DNA from: Schizochytrium sp. TIO01
Taxonomy: Eukaryota; Protista; Bigyra: Labyrinthulomycetes
Length of the DNA stretch: 64,000 bases
Assembly (NCBI GenBank): GCA_004764695.1
Contig: SMSO01000014.1
Location: forward strand, 2,723,648 to 2,787,647
Direction: 5' to 3'
Made by a program: the position numbers and the translations under genes. Positions 56,252 through 64,000 of this stretch are shown here, piece by piece. A model generated the notes under the pieces. It made no database searches. It was not told the DNA's origin and saw nothing but the letters and a program-made list of their open reading frames with translations. The stretch's first letter is position 1. Each line of letters opens with the position of its first letter.

Positions 56252-58036
56252 ATGGGTGGCACACCATCCAGTAACGCAGGGGTAACAAAGTCCGGCCTAA
56301 GCGTCAGAGAAGTCTACTCGAAGGCATTCTCAATAGAGGATGATCCGGAAATTATATTTGCTGAGCTGAGAAAGGTCATCGAAGGGAATGTATCTACTTG
56401 TTGGACACCAAGTTTACGTGGCTATTGTTTGCTACTTGCGGGAAGACTTGAGAACCATCTCCAAGGCCAACGATTGAAATCGAATCTAAGCTCCCGGCGC
56501 GCTCAACTTTATACATTTGCCGCAATTTACTTCAAGGCCCTAGCTGAAGAAAAGAGTGATAAACCATCTCGTGCAACGGAGCTGATGAAGCTAGCTTCAA
56601 GCAAACTTTCTCAAGTGCATGAATCTTATGTCTTCAGAAAACTCAACCTTGATGGCCTCAACAATCGAGAAGATTTAACTTCTCGAATACAGAATCTAAG
56701 TATTTATACAGCAAGAATCGCTTATGCTCGTAGGGTACAGGTTCAACAATTATCTTCGTTTTTGCAAGAGGTAGAAACCTACTTAGAAAATTCGAATGGC
56801 GAGAATGGTAGTGTAAGCCTTCATAAACTTCGCTCATACGAGGACGTCTTTCGTAAATTGACGAAAATCGGCTCAAGCCGCAGCTTAGCAAAGCGTGCTG
56901 CATATATACGGCTCAATCTCTGCGCCCAAATCATATCTCATTCTAGTGAGAACAATTCTGAATCAGATGTCTATCTGAGCATTTGCCTCCATGTTGCGAG
57001 CATACTAGCAGACCTGAATGATTGGTTGGAAAGCTGGGAAGTTGACGAGTTTGTACTGTCTCCAGATCATGTACCTCAACATTCTGTTAATGTGGCAGAG
57101 TTTGAGATGATATCATATAGACTCGCCCCCTTTTTGAGTATTGCGCAGCTCAACAGCGCTCTGAGGCACACTTCGAACTGGGTGGTGTACTCACAAATTT
57201 GTCTCATGCTTGCGCGCAAACATTTGCATGCAATGGTGGAGATTCGCGAGAACCAAGGGGAGATAGGGAAAATTCTGCAACATGCAGAGCACGGTCTTAT
57301 GCTTCTCCGGCAAATTGAGGTTGACAGTAGTCTGTCAACTATTCGTGAAGAACTCCAGATAGATATAGATACGAACTTGGAATTTGCAAGGGGGCATTCT
57401 GCCCTTGACAACGCAACACGTGCTCTCAACACGGCTTTGTTCGATTCTGAAGAGCTCAATGTTGAATTGATCTGGGACGCGATCGATCAGTTCCGCAATG
57501 TACCAGAACACACCTTTGAGCTACACCCTGCTGTAGCGGGAAACATTTCTATCGCATTTAGAGCGCTAGGAATTTTTGAAAAGGCACACAAGAATGCATA
57601 CGCGGCCACGCAACTGGCGCAAGCTTGTGCTCCAAGGACATTTAATCACGAAACCTGGTATCAGGAGTGTTTGAAGATTCTTGAAGAGCGCGATCGCAGA
57701 AATAGAGAGCAAGAAGCAGAAGAGGCCCGTAAGCAAGCAAAGCTTGATGAGCCCATTTTAAAGGAACTACAACCTCAGCTTGAGGCTATAGAAAAGGCAG
57801 CACGGGCTTCATGGTCCGACTTGATTCGACATATCTATGAGCATCACCCAGTGCCAAATCGTAAGCAACCTGAGGACTTGTCAACAGAGAGTTGGAAGGT
57901 AGCATTGCGTGCAGCTCTTCTTGCATATCACCCGGACAAAGTGCCTCCGAACAGTCCGCGTAAAGTACAACTCTTGCATAACAACATTACTCGTCACCTC
58001 ACTGAGAAATACAACAAGTTGAAAGATTTGGACTAA
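56252..58036 (+). CDS. Uncharacterised helical-repeat protein with an N-myristoylation-like start (MGGTPS) and C-terminal J-like (YHPDK) domain
   Basis: First ATG 56252 in ORF 55988..58036; TPR-like helices; HIYEHHPVP..KVALRAALLAYHPDK..HNNITRHLTEKY. Confidence 0.75.
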   Translation: MGGTPSSNAGVTKSGLSVREVYSKAFSIEDDPEIIFAELRKVIEGNVSTCWTPSLRGYCLLLAGRLENHLQGQRLKSNLSSRRAQLYTFAAIYFKALAEEKSDKPSRATELMKLASSKLSQVHESYVFRKLNLDGLNNREDLTSRIQNLSIYTARIAYARRVQVQQLSSFLQEVETYLENSNGENGSVSLHKLRSYEDVFRKLTKIGSSRSLAKRAAYIRLNLCAQIISHSSENNSESDVYLSICLHVASILADLNDWLESWEVDEFVLSPDHVPQHSVNVAEFEMISYRLAPFLSIAQLNSALRHTSNWVVYSQICLMLARKHLHAMVEIRENQGEIGKILQHAEHGLMLLRQIEVDSSLSTIREELQIDIDTNLEFARGHSALDNATRALNTALFDSEELNVELIWDAIDQFRNVPEHTFELHPAVAGNISIAFRALGIFEKAHKNAYAATQLAQACAPRTFNHETWYQECLKILEERDRRNREQEAEEARKQAKLDEPILKELQPQLEAIEKAARASWSDLIRHIYEHHPVPNRKQPEDLSTESWKVALRAALLAYHPDKVPPNSPRKVQLLHNNITRHLTEKYNKLKDLD

Positions 58037-59040
58037 TATTCTCTCTCTCAGCAACTGTGTTTCCAGCCGACACAACAGTCGATGAGGCATATAAAGAACC
58101 AAGTACTTAGACCGTGCAATAGTATTCATAGACCTACATTTAAAAAAATTATACATTCTCATTGTCCTCTTCATAGATCCATTTCACCAATCTATTCTCT
58201 CTCTAGACTTTCCACCGCCGTCCACCGCAGCACTTCATGTTTTACAATCGCTCGTGCAGAATATCACTCCCCGTCATGTGGGGTCCCCTCAATCTTGAAA
58301 CGGTGGGTCTGACCCAATCCCACATCACACAACTGTTTGTTACCGACTCTTTCTACAGAGGGGATGGGCGCCTCCCGCCTTTCGGCCCAACGGTGCGGTA
58401 CACGAGCAGGTGGCTTTCGTGCAGCTCCATCTGGCAGCGCCAACTCTGCGATCCCGCGTAACCAACCCCCCACTTCTCGCTGCTCAGGAACAAACTTCGA
58501 AGCATGCAGTACTTCTAATTCCCGATTCCTACAAAGAAGCCGCCTCCCTAAGAAGCAAGTGCAAAAGCAAATGGAGACTTACTTACTTACCTCCTTGGTT
58601 CTCCGAGCTTGGCTGCCCCCGAAGCTCCTTCGATCATCGTCTCTACTCAGGCGCTCCCGCTTCTTCTTTCTCTCCTCGAGATGCACTGGCAATGTCTCCT
58701 TTCCTTCAGCTAAGCTTCGAAGGGGCTCGCTCGCTCGCTGGTGCACAGCGACGCTGCTGCGCTCCAACCAACCAGGTCCTGCGCCCAAACTGCCGCGCGG
58801 GCGGGTGCCCGAGTCGGTGAGGTTTGCCGCACCTCGCGTGGCCGTCCGCTCGCTTGCATCCGCCACAAGCGAGCAAGCGAGTGAGCCGCTTTCGGGCTCT
58901 GGATGGCCTCGGTCCGTGTCGCAGCCGCCGTCGCAGGCGGCGGATGGCTTGTGCTGCCTTCCTTGCGAGAGGCAGAGCTCGAGGTGCTGGAGTCAGGTCC
59001 TGACGGCTGCTGGCGAACCGGCAGGCAGGACCTGACTCCA

Positions 59041-59120
59041 GTGCTTGCTTGCTTGCATGCTTGCATGCATGCTTTGCTTGCTTGCGTGCTTGCGTGCTTG
59101 CGTGCTAGCGTGCTTGCTTG
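59041..59120. repeat. Compound (GCTT/GCAT/GCGT)n microsatellite
   Basis: Directly visible in the sequence. Confidence 0.8.
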
Positions 59121-60187
59121 GCCTCTGCGACGCTCTTCGACCAGCTCAGCTCAGCTCTGCCTGGCTGACTCCGGCTGCGCCGCCGCGACGTGGCTTTGCG
59201 ATGCTCTCCGAGTGGGTGGCAACTTCGTCTCCGCCAGGATCGTACCGTGCTGCGGTTCTCGCCTTGAGCCGAACGCCAGCTCCAGTGACACGAAGGAGCG
59301 GCCATGTCATGTCACGACAACCATGACACGAGTCTTGACTCATGCGCCATGAGTCATGAGCCGTGTCATATCTTCGCATCCGCTTTCTTCAAGTGCCTTT
59401 GGACATCCAACTGAAAGAAGAACTCCAAAGGTGAACATCGCTGCTCCAGGAACTGCGTGAAGCGCAGCACTTGCGAGAGCCCGTGAGGGCATCGTATAGT
59501 TTACGATAGGTGCCCGTTAGGAACCCACCCTGGAGGAAGTAAGTAGTTCTGGTACAACTGGAGGAAGAACTGAGTGAGGCCTAAAGGAGCGCGTCTCAAA
59601 TTGAAGATCGTCTCGAAAGAGAAAGCAAACCGGAGACCTGAGGGAGAGAGGGCCGCCCACGTGCTGGTCGACCCGCCTCGGAGTTAAAGTGGATTGATTG
59701 ATTGATTGATTGATTGCCTCGAGGAGTAAATGAACGCGCATAAACTGCGTCGGTCTGTTTCTGGGTCTCTTTCCATGATTTCTTGTAACATTTTTACCCT
59801 CTTTATTTTTTTTATTTTTTTTAAAATTTTAAATTTTTTTTTTTTTTATTCTTCTTCTTTTTCCTCGTATGAAAGAATGGTACCTTCCTATAAAGAGGTT
59901 TTGCTGTTTTGTTAGTTAAAAGTGTTTTCTTTCTTTCTTTTTTTTGTTTCCTCATCAAAGAATGGGGCACTAGAAGTGCCTAGCGCTTTGCATAGTACAT
60001 ATGAGCAATTTTATATAAATTTTGACTTTTGACTTTTCGTTTAATTCTAAATGTGAAGGCCCTCGAGGCATTTCCGCTTGGCCTCACGACTGTGAAATGA
60101 TTCTTGGCGGCAAATGCGTATAGCTTGAGGTATCTCTGGCAGGTCTTTGGAGCACCTTGGAGGAGGATCGAGAGAAAAGCGTCCACC

Positions 60188-61864
60188 ATGGACGGTATTT
60201 CTTCGGTGCTGCCCTCGCAGAATGGGCGCTGCTTTATTCTGCAGAATATGCTCTCGACGTTCTACCTGATGCCGCTCACGTCGATGATCTTGAACGCCGG
60301 CGTAGCGGCCCTGCTTTGCCTGGCGTCAGTAGATATCACCGCAGATGATGTGCAAGATCTAATGCCCCCGTCTTGCCATGCCTGCGTACTATTCTTTTCG
60401 GGATCTGCCTCGGATGCTCATGATTTGCTTGGAATGGTCTCGTCGGCATGTATCTCCATTTCAACTCTTACTTTCTCACTAACTGTAGTTGCCATCCAGC
60501 TTGCCTCGGTAAACTACTCGCCTCGACTTCTCGATGAGTTTTTGAAAGACCCTATCTCTAAACAGGCATTTGCCATCAACCTTGGAACCTGGGTTTACTG
60601 CTACGTAGTGCGCAACAATGTCTATGTTGCGACTGATGAGGTTGAGGGTTTCGTACCAATCATTGCCGTGAATGTTTTGGCGCTACATGTTGCAGCGGTC
60701 ATGTGCAACTTCATTTACTTCATCCAGTATTTTGTAAACAGCTTACGCCTGGAAAGTATCCTCGTGAAAGCCGCAGACTCCGCATGGAGCGCGGTCTTGC
60801 GTCTTCGCCTTCTTGACGACACAGACGAAGAAACCCACCTTCCAGACGTGCCAGCCGGTGCGCATCGAGCTCTAGCTGATAGTAGTGGATATGTTTCGTC
60901 GTTTTGCTTTGAGACTGTGCTTAATCAGGCTGTGAGCCTGGACGTGATCGTACGATACGCATGCCATAACGGCGAATTCGTAACAGAAGGTACATTGCTT
61001 GCCTGGATTTGGCCTCGCGATGGTGACCACAGTGCCTTAGAAAAACGAATTAATGAAAACTACCCCCAAGAAACAGACAAGCTTCCTTTTGCTGGGAGCA
61101 TGCAAACCCACGTCACTGACCAGCAACGTGCAGGAAACGCCAAAAATCACATCGCACGGGTTCTTTGGAAATTGGCGAATGATGGGGTTGTTTTGTCGGC
61201 AACCCGTTCGAGAGAGAACGATGTCTCTCTTGGTGTGCAACAACTTGCAGACATTGCAACTAGGGCTCTCTCACCTGGGGTAAATGACCCGCAAACAGCC
61301 ATCCAGGCGATGGACTCCCTAAGTGTTGTCTTTAGTCGCCTCACAGTATCTAAATTTTCACGGAATGCATCTAAGGACTCTGACAAATGTCTTCGTCTTG
61401 TTGCACCTGTTCGAGGTTTCGCGTTTCTTCTCTCTATTTGCATGGAGTCAATTCGCTGCTATGGTGCAGGTGATGCCAAAGTGGTAAGACGGGCCATGTA
61501 CTTCTTAGGTGATATCGGAGCAATCGCTGCTCGTGTACACCATCAAGATCGGGCTTCTGTTGTTAAAGATCACATTCATCAATGGTATGCTAACGCAGAA
61601 GCATCCTTTGGAACATCTAGCGTAGAGTACGGAACGATCACTGAAGTTTACGAGCATGCATTACACCTGATTGACACAGCTCCCTCTGCACGAGTCCCAG
61701 AAAACGAAGACCCGAAACATCATAATGACGAAGCACTTGAAGGCCATGTTCAGGATAGCGAAGATGAAGAAGAGAAGAAAGAACATAATCTAATCCCATC
61801 AAGTTTACCTCAGCCTGTTGCTGAGGTCGTCAATAAGGTTTCCCATCTCACCACTCTTGTATAA
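60188..61864 (+). CDS. DUF2254-family predicted membrane protein
   Basis: TLTFSLTVVAIQLASVNYSPRLL..FLKD, SSGYV, GEFVTEGTLL and QQLADIATRALSPGVNDPQTAIQAMD are characteristic of DUF2254. First ATG 60188. Confidence 0.85.
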   Translation: MDGISSVLPSQNGRCFILQNMLSTFYLMPLTSMILNAGVAALLCLASVDITADDVQDLMPPSCHACVLFFSGSASDAHDLLGMVSSACISISTLTFSLTVVAIQLASVNYSPRLLDEFLKDPISKQAFAINLGTWVYCYVVRNNVYVATDEVEGFVPIIAVNVLALHVAAVMCNFIYFIQYFVNSLRLESILVKAADSAWSAVLRLRLLDDTDEETHLPDVPAGAHRALADSSGYVSSFCFETVLNQAVSLDVIVRYACHNGEFVTEGTLLAWIWPRDGDHSALEKRINENYPQETDKLPFAGSMQTHVTDQQRAGNAKNHIARVLWKLANDGVVLSATRSRENDVSLGVQQLADIATRALSPGVNDPQTAIQAMDSLSVVFSRLTVSKFSRNASKDSDKCLRLVAPVRGFAFLLSICMESIRCYGAGDAKVVRRAMYFLGDIGAIAARVHHQDRASVVKDHIHQWYANAEASFGTSSVEYGTITEVYEHALHLIDTAPSARVPENEDPKHHNDEALEGHVQDSEDEEEKKEHNLIPSSLPQPVAEVVNKVSHLTTLV

Positions 61865-64000
61865 GCACGCAGCTCATGCAATTGCAATGATCTTAAGCCT
61901 CAATACAGAATGGTAAGTAAGGTAGTTCCCCTATGATGGCTAAACTGGGGGTGAACCATCATCTTTCTGAATCATCGTTTCCGTAAGCTTTGCACGTGAT
62001 TGATTTACAGTGATAAGCTCCTTCTCTCCCTTATGTATAACATGCGTCTGATACTTAATCTAAATTCAAAATCTGAGGCATTTTGACGATCACCCACCCA
62101 TGTTTAGATGACGTTATTGAGACAAACATGAATTTGCCATGCCAATTTACAAAAATTGATCCAGCTGTTTCTTTAAAAGCAAGTCACTCTCCTGCAAATT
62201 TTGTCTTCTGAAGAACGATGCCCTCAAATTATCTCGATTACCCACTGAGTGCAGCAAGTGATCTCCAAAAACGACATTTTCAGCTCGCATATGTGAGCTT
62301 TACTTGTCTTATAACAAATATGTAATCTAACGAATGAGACAGAGGGTAAATGAAAGTTCTACCTATAACGACCTTATATTCACAATTATCGTATGAAGAA
62401 CAAACAGCACCCCGATGCCTTTTGTTTCAGGCTGTGAATTGTTTTCAGGAACTAGGTACCTTCTACCTATTATTCCTACTAGTTTTGTCTTCAAATTTGG
62501 CAAATTAATAAATAAGCAAGTATCTTGATTCACTTAAACCATGTTCATGAGACTGGAAACAGTAAGTAGCTCCATTTGATAGCATCGGAAATGATGCTAG
62601 GATACTTTCCAAACCCGTGCACATGGGGTATATTTCAATTACATTCCAACTTTTACATTCTGGAGATAGAACTTCAAGGTTCTTTTTTGAGCACATTCAG
62701 TAATATCTTGATCCCTCTAGATTTTTGTCAATGTCCGAGCCATGTCTCATCAACTATTTTTCACTGTCGTAGCATAGCAATGACGCTGACATCAGGACGG
62801 CCCTCCCACAGCTCCTCGACGCTTAGGGTAGAAGAGTACACACCTTTGGGTAAGGAAGCCTTGATGATGCGTCTTCTAACCTATACTGTAGAACTATTGT
62901 TAAGGACATCGATTAGTTTCTTTTAGTTGACTAGATGGTGGGTGTTATACTCATTGAGATTCGCGCCTTTGACCACGACACACGCGTAAGCACCTACTCT
63001 CGTTGATCTGTGACACGCAGTTCAATCTCAATATCTAGCTTAACTTACTGTTTAAAGCCAAAAAAAAGAACAACCGAAAAGATTTGTAATGAGGACCATA
63101 TGACTTGAAATGGAAGATAGTAACCCTGTCCATGTGTTTGTCATTCTCAATACAGTCCGCAGAAAATGATTGGGTGCTCGCTGAGTTTTTTTCTATATAG
63201 TACTCGTAGTATATTAACAGATCTATCGTCCTAGCGTTTCATTTTCGAAATGTATGTTTCTGCGAGTTTTAGAGCACGTTGTGAGAATCGATAGCAAGCA
63301 ATTTACAGAAAAAGATACATGCCATAATTTTTGTATGGGAGTGGCTTTCGGTAATCTGATCATACTTCCTAGGAGTTGAAACCTAGAACCCTATGATTGC
63401 CGTAGTAATTCCTCTATGAGAGTCTCCCTGGGAGGTTTTGTTTGAGTGCCATCGCTTCTTCTACCTCTAAGGAGTGTACCCATATATACTTCATGCGCGC
63501 TCACCCCTTCTGGAGGTGAACTCCAATTTGGATATTGAAGTTCACGAAACTGGGAAATCTCTTGAAATCAAAGTATCGTGGATTTTGCAAGTTCGGAAGT
63601 TATTGGAATCTTAGGCAAAAAGTCTGAACGATATCGTGCTTCTCCTCTACGAGTCGAAACTTAATCTCAAGAACAAGAAAACTAGAGAAAAAGCTAGAAA
63701 CCTTCATTTTAGTGGCCCATTCATTGTCTTCATTGAGACCAGATACAACTTTTTGGTTTTGTTCATCTCTCGCAACTGACAGATGGTACAATGATGCAGG
63801 GATGGTGCTGCTCCGGTAGCGCGACTTGTCTTCAAGAATTAATAAACTAAGGCAAGACATGCTGTATAGTACTCCTCGCTGACCTTCCAGGAAACTGCTC
63901 CTCTGATTCACAGTACCCTCGCTTCATAGGACGTACCCACGCGCCACATTTTGCAAAGTCTCCGAGGCGCCATCTTGCCTGCTCTTGTAAGATGGAGCGT

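Noticed and set aside
58337-59379. Overlapping 100-230 aa ORFs in a GC-rich patch
   Set aside because: No recognisable motifs and interleaved with simple repeats; more likely promoter or UTR sequence of the downstream gene.

Overview
Eukaryotic, intron-poor, microsatellite-rich protist DNA. By inference it is a stramenopile, most like a thraustochytrid/labyrinthulomycete: long single-exon ORFs, AT-rich simple-repeat spacers, a flagellar MNS1 gene and a CDPK. The window holds about 16 host genes: a partial WDR26-like WD40 protein, an NCS2/AzgA-type permease, a five-module DNA end-repair fusion (RanBP2-type Zn finger + PNKP-type 3'-phosphatase + kinase + macro-like + aprataxin HIT-ZnF), kinesin-14, an AIFM2/FSP1-like oxidoreductase, an EF-hand protein, a CDPK, a membrane-repeat/HSL lipase locus apparently split by a frameshift, VWA8, MNS1, a polyQ protein with a THAP-like domain, two tandem proteins ending in a YHPDK J-like domain, and a DUF2254 membrane protein. 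The standout is an IS607-derived element at about 51.16-53.14 kb. It has a serine-recombinase tnpA (now disabled) overlapped in another frame by a Fanzor2/TnpB-type RuvC RNA-guided nuclease ORF. That ORF shows the Fanzor-type rearranged catalytic Glu and appears 3'-truncated (no second CxxC, no RuvC-III Asp). The element directly follows a short (CCTAA)n/TTAGG telomere-like tract. All assignments come from motif recognition by eye; no searches were run.
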